From: Planctomycetota bacterium
Lineage (GTDB): Bacteria; Planctomycetota; UBA8108; SXIK01
DNA length: 64,000 nt
NCBI GenBank assembly: GCA_965223265.1
Contig: OZ244999.1
Coordinates: 4,000,001-4,064,000, forward strand
Direction: 5' to 3'
The notes below the pieces were generated by a model that did not search any database, was not told the origin of the DNA, and worked only from the letters and a program-made list of their open reading frames with translations. Positions 45,042-54,719 of the stretch are shown in pieces (position 1 is the first letter of the stretch; each line of letters opens with the position of its first letter). Position numbers and translations under genes: made by a program.

Positions 45042-45758
45042 TTGACCGCTCCTACTGTTTGCTTACTGGCCGCCGTCGAGCTCGAGCTCGCTCCACTGCG
45101 GACACGTTTCGCCACCAGCAAGCTACCGTTCAAACCATGTTTCGTGGCCACAGGACCAGGAAAGGCGAACGGCGCCATGCGTGCCTCTGAGGCCATCGTT
45201 CGCTTCGAGCCGTCCTTGCTCGTGGTGTGCGGCTGCGCCGGCGCTTTCGCGTCCAGCTCGCTTAGAGTCGGCGACGTTGCGATCGCATACGGTGAGACGT
45301 TCGCGGACGAAGGCGTGGTGTGCCCAACAGGCTTCCTCGATCTTGAAAGCATGGATTTGCCGCTCCACGAGGTAGACGATGGCTGCGTCTATAACGAAAT
45401 TCCTTTGCACCGTATTCCGGAGCATACGATCGAACGGCTTCGGCGCCGCGCGCTCGATCGCTTTCGCGTCGCCAGAGGACAATTTGCAACCGTCTCGACG
45501 TGCTCTGGAACGGACGCCCGCGCCGCAGAAATTGCAGCCCGGTGGCATCCCATCGCGGAGAGTATGGAGGGTGCAGCCATCGCACTCGCAGGACTGGCGC
45601 ACAGCCGGGCGGTGATCGAGGTGCGCGGCATCTCAAACCACGTCGGCAACCGAGACCGCGATTCATGGCGAATCGAGGCCGCTTGCGAGCACGGCGCGGA
45701 AGCGATCGAGCATATCTTAACCGACGGCGAGTTCCTTGAGTCTCTATCGTCTCTTTAG
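45042..45758 (+). CDS. mqnB: futalosine hydrolase
   Basis: PNP/MTAN-like TGPGKANGA, GCAGAF, TVSTCSGT, AESMEGAA, EVRGISNHVGNRD..W; adjacent to mqnD. Confidence 0.85.
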   Translation: MTAPTVCLLAAVELELAPLRTRFATSKLPFKPCFVATGPGKANGAMRASEAIVRFEPSLLVVCGCAGAFASSSLRVGDVAIAYGETFADEGVVCPTGFLDLESMDLPLHEVDDGCVYNEIPLHRIPEHTIERLRRRALDRFRVARGQFATVSTCSGTDARAAEIAARWHPIAESMEGAAIALAGLAHSRAVIEVRGISNHVGNRDRDSWRIEAACEHGAEAIEHILTDGEFLESLSSL

Positions 45759-45888
45759 CCTCGCGTGTGGCCATTCCGCCTTGGCCTGGCCGGGCGAGTT
45801 GCCCGACATTCAGCGGCCGTTGAGTTTCTTTCTTCCCCCCGGGGGCCCTCGAGCATGCTCAAGAACGCCTGTCCGGCGCTTCGGGGAA
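45759..45888. mobile_element. family B miniature element, degenerate 5' fragment
   Basis: CCTCGCGTGTGGCCATTCCGCCTTGGCCTGGCCGGGCGAGTT...TCAAGAACGCCTGTCCGGCGCTTCGGGGAA is colinear with 42007-42136 and follows the TTAG containing the mqnB stop. Confidence 0.7.
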
Positions 45889-46192
45889 GGTAACGTTGAC
45901 TCCTGGAGTCGAAAGTGCAGTGATGTTGGGCAACCAGCCTGCGGACAAAAGCCAGGTGGCGGACAATACCAGCCCCGTCACCACCAGCTCGACGGCGTCA
46001 ATGCTGGCCGCGATTCGTTCAGGAGGAGGATTCGGATATCGCTTACGTGTACCGCGGCAAATCCTGACCCGAAGAGGCTTCTCTGGGTCGAGCCACGCTG
46101 ATCAGCAGGCTGTCAAGTCAGCGCCGACGACGCCATCTCGGCCGAGGGCCGCGCCGCGGTAGCTCTCAGGCAACGCCAACCATCACGACACT

Positions 46193-47065
46193 ATGACCTC
46201 AACATCTGAAGCATCTCAACTCACACTCGGCTTCTCCTCCTGCCCCAACGACACTTTCATGTTTCATGGCCTGGTCTCCGGCGCCACGCCAGTACCAGGC
46301 GTCGAGTGGCAGGTGACGATTCAGGACATCGAGAAACTCAATCAGATGGCCATGTCGAGAGCCATCGACGTCACGAAGATTTCGTTTCACGCCTTAGGAC
46401 GAGTCCGGGAGAACTATGCGCTTCTGGCGTCGGGTGCCGCGTTGGGACGCGGCTGCGGCCCTCTCCTCGTAGGGCGGGACGAATCAGTTCGAGACCGCCT
46501 CGATTCGGCGCGCGTCGCGATTCCGGGCTGGAACACAAGCGCGACTTTGCTCCTGCGGATGTTCGCGCCGCAGCTACGGAGCGAGCAGCTGGTCGAGGTG
46601 ACGTTCGACCACATTCTCGAAATGACCGCCCGGGGCGACGTCGATGCGGGGCTGATCATCCACGAGAGCCGCTTCACGTTCGCACGACACGGTCTCGTTT
46701 CACTCGTCGACCTGGGGAACTGGTGGGAAGAGGCGTCAGGACTGCCGATCCCACTCGGCGGCATCATCGTACGCCGAGCGCTGCCTGACACGCTGCAGCG
46801 GAGCATCGAAACGGCACTACGAGAAAGCGTCCTCGCGGCGCGGCGCGACCCGACGCAAAGCCGCGACTACGTTCGCAGTCATGCTCAGGAGATGGACGAG
46901 GACGTGCAGCAGGCTCACATCGACCTCTACGTGAACGACTACTCAGTCGATCTGAAAGATGAGGGCCGTCATGCCATTCGCGCGTTTCTCGACGTCGCCA
47001 CAGAGCGCGGAGTGCTGCCGCCGTACACCGGCCCATTGTTCGTCGATGACCATGTCAGTCAGTGA
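46193..47065 (+). CDS. mqnD: 1,4-dihydroxy-6-naphthoate synthase
   Basis: LGFSSCPNDTFMF, GAALGRGCGPL, GLIIHESRFT, DLGNWWE...LPIPLG, HIDLYVN. Confidence 0.95.
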   Translation: MTSTSEASQLTLGFSSCPNDTFMFHGLVSGATPVPGVEWQVTIQDIEKLNQMAMSRAIDVTKISFHALGRVRENYALLASGAALGRGCGPLLVGRDESVRDRLDSARVAIPGWNTSATLLLRMFAPQLRSEQLVEVTFDHILEMTARGDVDAGLIIHESRFTFARHGLVSLVDLGNWWEEASGLPIPLGGIIVRRALPDTLQRSIETALRESVLAARRDPTQSRDYVRSHAQEMDEDVQQAHIDLYVNDYSVDLKDEGRHAIRAFLDVATERGVLPPYTGPLFVDDHVSQ

Positions 47066-47156
47066 CCACACCACAGAGCGTGGCGAGCAAGAACGGCAGA
47101 GAGTGCGTCCGTAGTGGCGTTTTCGAGACGCGGCGTCGCGCAGAGCCGGGCGGTGT

Positions 47157-48110
47157 CTACGTCGAGCCGCTTCCGGCTTCGCACGTCAGGATGTCCGGAG
47201 TCGGATCCTTCCCGAACGTCGACGGCTCGGGGAATGGCTCACCTTCTACAAAGAGGCGAATCAAAGTGTAGATTGGATCCGAAACGTCGATAGCGCCGTC
47301 GTCGTTCGCGTCCGCCGAATCCTCACAAGGAAAAGGGTCTGGCGTCCGAAACAAGCTCTGCAGCGTCAGAATGGGATCGCTGATATCGCGCTCGAAGTCG
47401 TAGTTGGTGTCACCGCGCATGAAGAATCCCACTTCGCCGACAATGTTGATATGCCCACCCTCAAGACCATCCTCGGCAACAGGAACAGCGAGGCTGTCTG
47501 CTTCGTTGACGACAGTAATCGTGTTCTTGAAAAAAACTTCACGGTCGAGCACGTTGACGGGCCCAATGTCCTCGAACGAGATGTCCGACCGGCCGAGCTC
47601 TGCGTCTGGGCGAACGCGAAATCGCAGGCCGAACGTTGGCTCGAGTTCACCGACGTCCAAGGCCAGAGCAGTACCGTCAGTCGACGTCCGCACCTGAATG
47701 TGTACCCACCCTTCGGAAGGCTGATTGCCAGCGATGTCGTTGCTATTGTCGATGTCAACTGAGCTATTGATGACATCGGCACCGTTTGCGGGTTCGAGAT
47801 GCTTGAGGGGTACCACTTCATGCAGCTGCAACGCACCTTCATCGAAGTTGATTGCGATCGACATCGCCTCGATCAGCGCCTTGCTGCGAACGAGAAGTTT
47901 CACGGAGAGGATGTCTCCAGGTCGAGCGCTCGCCGTCTCAATGACGAAATCTGCCAGCAGGGCGACAGGCACCTCTTGTGGGTCCGGATCGTCCTGCGCC
48001 GCGGCGCTTCCGACGGCCCCGAAGAGTGCCAAGACCACGAGCTGGGCACAGAGTCGTCGCGGGCGGTTCGGCACCAACGGCGCCTCACCAGTGTTTCCGC
48101 CTGCCGACAT
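47157..48110 (-). CDS. secreted cohesin-like plus dockerin domain protein
   Basis: Signal peptide; beta-sandwich with MSIAINFD; dockerin FMRGDTNYD..RDISDP / CEDSADANDDGAIDVSDP. Confidence 0.75.
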   Translation of the reverse strand: MSAGGNTGEAPLVPNRPRRLCAQLVVLALFGAVGSAAAQDDPDPQEVPVALLADFVIETASARPGDILSVKLLVRSKALIEAMSIAINFDEGALQLHEVVPLKHLEPANGADVINSSVDIDNSNDIAGNQPSEGWVHIQVRTSTDGTALALDVGELEPTFGLRFRVRPDAELGRSDISFEDIGPVNVLDREVFFKNTITVVNEADSLAVPVAEDGLEGGHINIVGEVGFFMRGDTNYDFERDISDPILTLQSLFRTPDPFPCEDSADANDDGAIDVSDPIYTLIRLFVEGEPFPEPSTFGKDPTPDILTCEAGSGST

Positions 48111-48414
48111 GTCGCACCTTCTTCTCAACGCTGAAATGTCTCGCTTGCAACGAGCCAAGATGAATCCGCAAAAGCCTGTTTTCCAGGGGCAACACAAGCA
48201 AATTGCCGGCCGATGACCCACAGAAAAATCACAACTCATAACGAAATCGAGAGTAATGACGACTCACCCCGGTGTCTACCAAAAATGGAAGTGCAAAGCG
48301 GAGTTGACGTCCCCGCGTGCGGAGTTGACACCCCGCGTCAATTGACTGCACCTTGATCGCTGCACTGAAGAGCGCTAATTTGCTGCTTCCCCAGGTAACA
48401 GAGAAGGGACCCAC

Positions 48415-49617
48415 ATGAACAAGCTCTTTGTGAAAGACGTCGATGTCGCCGGCAAGCGCGTGCTCGTGCGCGCCGACTTCAACGTACCTCTCAACGACGC
48501 CGGTGAAATCACCGACGACCGACGCATCGAGGCGACCTTGCCAACCATCGAACGCCTGCTCAGCGCCGGCGCTCGTGTGATTCTCATGTCGCACCTCGGG
48601 CGACCAAAGGGCAAACGCGACCCGAAACTCAGCCTCGCCCCGGTCGCCGAGCGCCTCGGCCAACTACTGCGAAAGGAAGTGCGACTGGCAGACGATTGCG
48701 TCGGGCCGAGCGTCAAGCGACTGCTTCCAGGCGTAGGCAACGGCGATGTTCTGCTCCTCGAAAACCTCCGCTTCCACACCGGTGAAGAAGCAAACGACGC
48801 GGACTTCTCCGCCGAGCTTGCCGAGCTTGGTGAGATCTACGTCAACGACGCGTTTGGTGCGGCGCACCGTGCCCACGCCTCCACTGAGGGCGCAGCACGG
48901 CTATTCCAGCAGCGCGCTTGCGGGTTCCTCATGAAGAAAGAGCTCGACTACCTAGGCACGGCTCTGGAGCGCCCGCAGCGACCATTCGTCGCGGTGATTG
49001 GTGGCGCGAAGATCTCAGGAAAGATCGATGTGATCGAGGCACTACTCGACAAGGTCGACACGCTCCTGGTTGGCGGTGGTATGGCGTATACGTTTTTCAA
49101 GGCGATGGGACGAGAGATCGGCCGTTCTCTTCTCGAGGCTGACCGAGTCGACATCGCTCGCCAGATCCTCGAGACGAGTCAGGAGGAAGGCAAAGCCGAG
49201 CTGCTGCTGCCGGAAGACTGCGTCGCCGTCGCCGAGTTCGACAACGGTGCCGAACGCCACGTCTGCACGGCCGACTCCATCCCCGCCGATCTCCTCTGCG
49301 TCGATATTGGTCCGCGCTCGAGCGAAACCTTCGCAGCGCGCGTCGCGGAAGCCAAGACGGTCGTCTGGAACGGACCAATGGGCGTCTTCGAGATGCCGAA
49401 CTTCGCGCACGGCACGGAAGCTGTCGCTCGTGCGCTCACTGCGGCGACGCAGCGAGGTGCGACGACGATCGTTGGCGGCGGCGACTCGGCCGCGGCGATC
49501 CACCAACTCGGACTCGAGAGCGGCGTCAGCCACGTATCGACCGGCGGCGGAGCCTCGCTCGAGTTCCTCGAGGGCAAACGACTGCCCGGCGTTGAAGTTC
49601 TGAGCGACGCTCCATAG
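48415..49617 (+). CDS. pgk: phosphoglycerate kinase
   Basis: RADFNVPL, SHLGRP, LLENLRF, NDAFGAAHRAH, GGAKISGK, WNGPMGVFE, STGGGASLE. Confidence 0.98.
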   Translation: MNKLFVKDVDVAGKRVLVRADFNVPLNDAGEITDDRRIEATLPTIERLLSAGARVILMSHLGRPKGKRDPKLSLAPVAERLGQLLRKEVRLADDCVGPSVKRLLPGVGNGDVLLLENLRFHTGEEANDADFSAELAELGEIYVNDAFGAAHRAHASTEGAARLFQQRACGFLMKKELDYLGTALERPQRPFVAVIGGAKISGKIDVIEALLDKVDTLLVGGGMAYTFFKAMGREIGRSLLEADRVDIARQILETSQEEGKAELLLPEDCVAVAEFDNGAERHVCTADSIPADLLCVDIGPRSSETFAARVAEAKTVVWNGPMGVFEMPNFAHGTEAVARALTAATQRGATTIVGGGDSAAAIHQLGLESGVSHVSTGGGASLEFLEGKRLPGVEVLSDAP

Positions 49618-49655
49618 CCTAGGGCGAGCCTGCTGCGTCCCCTGTGGTCAGCCGC

Positions 49656-50459
49656 TCACGAGAACGGCTGCGGCTGCCACGACCCGAACGCATCAAGATA
49701 CTTGGTCAGCGCTGGAACCTCAACAGCCTTGTCCGCCAACCACCCTCGCGTCTCAGCCACAAGAGACTGCTCGGCGTCGAGAGAGAGCTGCCCGCCCATC
49801 ACTCGAGTGCGTAGAAAAACGAAGTAAGTGTCGAGAACGTCGTGTAGGCAATAGTCGTTGATCTCGTGGATCTTGCCTGCCGCAAAAAGGGACTCGACTT
49901 GATCTCCTCGCGTGTCCATCTTTCCCGGCTTGCCGAGAATCTTGGCGAGAAGATTCAATCCACCCGTCACCCGATACGCACCGTATTCGGTCATCCATTC
50001 CATGAGATCGATGTGCTTCGACGTGAATCGGTAGCGGAACCCAAAGCGGTCGTCGTCAAAGTACGCAGGACACGAAACCCCATAGCGAAACGCAGCCAGC
50101 GATAGAAGTGGCAAATCGAAACCCCGTCCGTTGAAATCCACGAGGGCGGCGTCGCGGTAGACTTGGACGCCACGCCAGAACAGCTCGACCATTGAGACGG
50201 GGTCAAACTTGGGAGCGTCCAGACAAGTCAGGTCTTGGATGCGAAAGTCCTCTCCAACTCGGGCCAAAGCGATCGCCACCGGGACATGAAACGTCACCGG
50301 GATAAACGCGTCGGGATCCTCGCGTTCACTTCGATAGCGTTCGATAGCCCGCGCCGCGCTCATACGCTCCCCGGAGTATAGAACGCGCCGCATCAACTCG
50401 CCGTCCGCAACACTTTCAGTGTCGTAGACGATGTACTTCGTATCGCGAACAGTCGCCAT
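49656..50459 (-). CDS. PolB-like 3'-5' exonuclease (stand-alone DEDDy)
   Basis: ExoI YDTES, ExoII FNGRGFDLP, ExoIII YCLHD. Confidence 0.85.
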   Translation of the reverse strand: MATVRDTKYIVYDTESVADGELMRRVLYSGERMSAARAIERYRSEREDPDAFIPVTFHVPVAIALARVGEDFRIQDLTCLDAPKFDPVSMVELFWRGVQVYRDAALVDFNGRGFDLPLLSLAAFRYGVSCPAYFDDDRFGFRYRFTSKHIDLMEWMTEYGAYRVTGGLNLLAKILGKPGKMDTRGDQVESLFAAGKIHEINDYCLHDVLDTYFVFLRTRVMGGQLSLDAEQSLVAETRGWLADKAVEVPALTKYLDAFGSWQPQPFS

Positions 50460-50691
50460 GCTCCACCTACATGAGACAAAACGCTTCGCCGAGTGCGGTT
50501 GCGACCGCAGCACGCCCAACTCTCTCGTTATCGGTCGCCCCAAGATTAGCACCCCTTCGGGTCGACCTCAAGTCGCCGGGACGAGATCAGAGACGCAGAT
50601 AATCCGTCACGTTGGCCGCGAAAACAGCGCCATCCTATACATAAAAAAGGATCATCGGACGCCAGAGAACCGCTCGCCAAGGTCACAAAAA

Positions 50692-51567
50692 ATGCCCCAT
50701 CCTGTGCTCAAGAGCGAATCCGACGTCGACGGAAGCCTTTCCGACATCGTCGAGCGATACGAGGAAGCAAGAGAGATCGAGCCGGTCCCGTGGCTCGTCT
50801 CGCTTCGCCTCGATCAGCCGCGCAAGAACCTTTCGTGTTTGAGCCGTTCCCAGCAACTGGTCAAGCGCATCGTCGACATTTTCGGTGCTCTCGCGATCCT
50901 GATCTTGGCTTCGCCGATCATGATCTTGGCGGCAGTTCTAGTGAAATGTACCTCACGCGGGCCGGTCATTTTTCGCCAAACGCGAGTCGGCTTGAATCTT
51001 CGCACTCAACCAGCTGATCGCCGAAGCGACACGACGCGCTCTGAAGACGTCTCGGACGCGTCCGAAACCGCGGCTCAGTCGACTGACGAACGCCGCAGCG
51101 CCGACGGGGACCGGCGGCGAGTTCCAGCGCATGGTCGACAATTCACGCTCTATAAGTTCCGCACGATGTTCATCGACGCGGAAAAACACGGCGCTCAGCT
51201 CGCCACAGAACGTGACCCGAGAATTACAGCAGTAGGTCGGGTTTTACGCCGCACCCGAATCGATGAGCTCCCTCAGGTAATTAACGTCTTGCGCGGAGAA
51301 ATGTCGCTCGTCGGCCCCCGTCCCGAGCGTCCCGAGTTCATCGACACACTGTCGCTTACGATCCCGAACTATCTCAATCGCCTCGGGCTGCGCCCGGGAA
51401 TTTCCGGACTCGCGCAAATCATCAATGGCTACGACACGGACGAAGAGAGCGTGCGCCGCAAGGTCTGTCTGGACGTGCTCTACTTGCAGAATTGCTGTCT
51501 GTGGAACGATGTCATGATTCTGCTGCGTACGGTCTGGGTCGTCATCTCAGGCAAAGGCGCGCGATAG
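50692..51567 (+). CDS. polyprenyl-phosphate sugar phosphotransferase (Bac_transf family)
   Basis: KRIVDI, GPVIFRQTRVG, YKFRTM, DPRIT.VG, RIDELPQ, GEMSLVGPRPE, RPGISG.AQ. Confidence 0.92.
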   Translation: MPHPVLKSESDVDGSLSDIVERYEEAREIEPVPWLVSLRLDQPRKNLSCLSRSQQLVKRIVDIFGALAILILASPIMILAAVLVKCTSRGPVIFRQTRVGLNLRTQPADRRSDTTRSEDVSDASETAAQSTDERRSADGDRRRVPAHGRQFTLYKFRTMFIDAEKHGAQLATERDPRITAVGRVLRRTRIDELPQVINVLRGEMSLVGPRPERPEFIDTLSLTIPNYLNRLGLRPGISGLAQIINGYDTDEESVRRKVCLDVLYLQNCCLWNDVMILLRTVWVVISGKGAR

Positions 51568-51605
51568 CAGCACCGTACGCCCCCCACCGGCTCGGACCAC
51601 GACGC

Positions 51606-54600
51606 TCAGGTCCTCCGCTGCACGCCCGTCGCGACAACCGAGCGCATGCCGGTGCTGAGATCGTCGAAGAGCGAGTAGAACAGTGGGACGACAAGAAGTG
51701 TCATCGGTGTCGAGGTGACCAAGCCGCCGATGAGCACGGTTGCAAGCGGCTTGTAGTCAATTCCTTCTCCTCGTTGCGGCAATAGAAGCATCGGCAGGAG
51801 CCCGGCGAGTGTTGTCAGAGCGGTCATCCAAATGGGACGGAACCTCTCGCGCACGCCGATCAAAATCGCCTCATGTCGCGAGACACCCTCCCACCGGGCG
51901 CGATTCACCCTGTCGATCAGCACGATGGCGTTGTTGACAACGAGACCGACCAAAATCAACAGACCGATCATCCCGACGATGTCGAGCGGCATCCCAATGA
52001 TCCACAAGAGAGCAAACGACCCGAAGACCGCGAAAGGAATGATGCAAAGAACCGAAAGAGGAAGAAGAAAAGATTCGAAGAGAACCCCCATGACGACGAA
52101 CACGAGACTGAAAGCGAGAAACAGAGCCGTACCGACGCTCTCCATATCGGAGTCGAAAGCGCGGGTATCGTTTTCAAGGCTGATCTCTGCGCTTTGGGGC
52201 ACGGCCGGAAAGTCGCGAAAATGCGCCGCGACGGCTTCGCGCGCCTGTTCGAGTGAGCCTTCGACTCCGACAGAGAAACCGATGGTCATCTTGCCATTGA
52301 CGCGATGGACTTCCCCGAGCCCAGGGGTGACGTGATACGCAGCTACGCTCGTCAAGCGGACAAAGCTTCCGTCGGGTCGAAAAACTCGAACCGCGTTTAG
52401 GTCCGTCAGGTCGTCCTTTACGCTCGCTCCATATCGAATCCAAAACGGGTACTCGCGGTCTGTGTCATGATAGTCCGGAATCGAGGCACCACGGAGCGCC
52501 CAAGAGACCATCCTCGCAACCGCGGCGGAATCGACACCGTGCTCCTGAGCCAATCGGCGTTTGGCTCGGACGACCACTTCACCACGCTCGTCCTCACGCC
52601 AGCGCGTGACATCACGGAGCTGAGGGAAGAGGCGGCGGTCGGAAAGATCGAGACGGACCCTCTCGGCGAGTCGCTCGACCTCACCGAGATCCGTGCCGTG
52701 CACGAACACCTGTACACGAGTCATCGATTTTCTGTCAGCGAAATCCTCAAAGCCGAATCGATACTGCACTCCTGCAATGCGTGGCAGCATTGGCTTGAGG
52801 CGTGCATAGAAGTCTTCTTCTTCGTGGCGCTCGTTGTGGCGCAGAAAGAGATTGAATGTTCCCCCGGTCGAACGAAACCAGCACGTGACGGCGCGCAGCT
52901 TGAGCTCCTCTTTGCGCTCGAGAATCGCCGACTCGATGGTTGCGATTGTCCGGTCCGCGTCAGCAAGCGACGAATTGCGCGGGAGATCCGCGTGAACCTC
53001 AAACCGACGAGGCCCTCCATCGTTCATTCCCTTTCTGGGTAGCTGGCGGTAGAGGAGTGCCGTTGACGCGACCAGACCCACAAGAACGAGCGTGGTTTCG
53101 ATGCGATGAGCCAAGACGTATCGAGCCAGCGTCACGAAGTACGCGTTGATGCGCGTGCCGATCACTCCGCGGGTGGTGCAAATCCCCAGCGCGCCAGAAC
53201 GGCGACTGGCAAGCAGGACTCCCTGGGGAATCAGCACGAGAGCCACAGCGAGGGAAGCGAGCACACTCACACACACCGGCTCCCCGATCTCAGCAGCTAT
53301 GATTCTAAAGTGCGGATTCTCGATGAAAAGGATTGGCACGAACACCATCACTGTCGTGAGTGTCGCGAGCGTGACCGCCAACGCCACCTCGCCGATCCCG
53401 CATGCTGCGGCGCGTCGCGGCTCCAGTCCTGACTCGGCTTTCCTGACGATGTTCTCAACGACGACGATCGAATTGTCGACAAGCATACCGATTCCTAGCG
53501 ACAATCCCATCAGGCTCATGAGGTTGAAGGAACCGTCGCAGAAGAATATCCAAATGACCGTAACCATGAGAGAGGTGGGAATGGCACCAGCGACGAGAAT
53601 CGTCATTCCAACGCGCCGAAAGAACACATAGAGGACGACGATCGCACAGAGACCACCCCAGAGACCACTTTGGCTGAGCGAGTTGATCGAGTACTCAATC
53701 AAGTCGCCTTGGTTCAGCCACGTGTGAAGAGAAACTTCATGCAGCGTCGGAACCGATTGCTGAAACTCTGACTGCAATCGCTGCAGCTCCGATTCAACAG
53801 CAGCGCAGACGTCCGAACTGTTCGCTCCCGCCTCCTTGTGGACGACCACGCTTCGGGAATGGAATCCGTTGGCACGAGCCAATCGGTCTTTGACTGAATG
53901 CGCGAAGCCGACGGAAGCCAGATCACGGATTCGGTAGCGTCGGTCGACTGGATAACCTTCGATCTCTTCGAAATCCATGAAACGTCCGTCAAGCCGCACG
54001 AATCGTTCCTGCTCTCCCACGCGCACCCGGCCCAGATCGAACGCTCTCTGATCCTTCCCAAGACGCTCGATCAAACCGTAGAGGTTCGTTCCGTGGGAGT
54101 CGACCTTGTCGGGGTCGATGCCGATCTCGACCTGCTTGTCGAGGAGACCCCAGACGTCAACCCGCGCGACTCCTTCGACGGCAGCAAGACGTTTCTTAAC
54201 CACGTTCTCAAAAAGGTAGTCGACGTCGACCTTCTCTTCGTCCACATCCATACTCAGAGCACAAATGTACACGGGCATGTCGCTGCCGCTGTGCCGCCAC
54301 AAGAAATACCGATCAACCCCTTCGATCCAGTCGGGTCGCGCCTTCTCAAGACGATCTCTGATTTCAGCGACCATCACGCCTGGGTCGCGCTGTGGCGAAA
54401 AAGCAATACGGATGCGGCACGAGGTCGCTGACGAAGTCGTGGTCACCTTCTTCATGCCGCTCAGCGTCCGAAGCCGATCCTCGCACGGCTTTGCGATACG
54501 CTCCATAACCTCCCGCGGTGTCGCATCCGGAACGGGTATGTAGACGAAGCAGCTCGCCGCGGTCAGCCCATTCGGGACAAGCTGCAGCGGAATGCGCGGG

Positions 54601-54719
54601 AGAGCGACGGAGCCGACAACGATCAGCGTAGCGAAGAGAACAAGCGCCCTCACGGGTCGCAGGAGTGTCCAACGAATCCAGAGCGGCTCCTGCCGGTTGC
54701 CTGAAGTCGCGGTGCTCAT
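51606..54719 (-). CDS. RND efflux permease (AcrB/MdtC-like), subunit 2
   Basis: GMLVDNSIVVVENI, TLTTVMVF.P, GLVVNNAIVLID, RFRPIWMT.LTT..GLLP. Confidence 0.9.
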   Translation of the reverse strand: MSTATSGNRQEPLWIRWTLLRPVRALVLFATLIVVGSVALPRIPLQLVPNGLTAASCFVYIPVPDATPREVMERIAKPCEDRLRTLSGMKKVTTTSSATSCRIRIAFSPQRDPGVMVAEIRDRLEKARPDWIEGVDRYFLWRHSGSDMPVYICALSMDVDEEKVDVDYLFENVVKKRLAAVEGVARVDVWGLLDKQVEIGIDPDKVDSHGTNLYGLIERLGKDQRAFDLGRVRVGEQERFVRLDGRFMDFEEIEGYPVDRRYRIRDLASVGFAHSVKDRLARANGFHSRSVVVHKEAGANSSDVCAAVESELQRLQSEFQQSVPTLHEVSLHTWLNQGDLIEYSINSLSQSGLWGGLCAIVVLYVFFRRVGMTILVAGAIPTSLMVTVIWIFFCDGSFNLMSLMGLSLGIGMLVDNSIVVVENIVRKAESGLEPRRAAACGIGEVALAVTLATLTTVMVFVPILFIENPHFRIIAAEIGEPVCVSVLASLAVALVLIPQGVLLASRRSGALGICTTRGVIGTRINAYFVTLARYVLAHRIETTLVLVGLVASTALLYRQLPRKGMNDGGPRRFEVHADLPRNSSLADADRTIATIESAILERKEELKLRAVTCWFRSTGGTFNLFLRHNERHEEEDFYARLKPMLPRIAGVQYRFGFEDFADRKSMTRVQVFVHGTDLGEVERLAERVRLDLSDRRLFPQLRDVTRWREDERGEVVVRAKRRLAQEHGVDSAAVARMVSWALRGASIPDYHDTDREYPFWIRYGASVKDDLTDLNAVRVFRPDGSFVRLTSVAAYHVTPGLGEVHRVNGKMTIGFSVGVEGSLEQAREAVAAHFRDFPAVPQSAEISLENDTRAFDSDMESVGTALFLAFSLVFVVMGVLFESFLLPLSVLCIIPFAVFGSFALLWIIGMPLDIVGMIGLLILVGLVVNNAIVLIDRVNRARWEGVSRHEAILIGVRERFRPIWMTALTTLAGLLPMLLLPQRGEGIDYKPLATVLIGGLVTSTPMTLLVVPLFYSLFDDLSTGMRSVVATGVQRRT

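Noticed and set aside
45889-46192. Small ORF or riboswitch between mqnB and mqnD
   Set aside because: No convincing RBS-ORF pair or known aptamer motif beyond the family B fragment just upstream.
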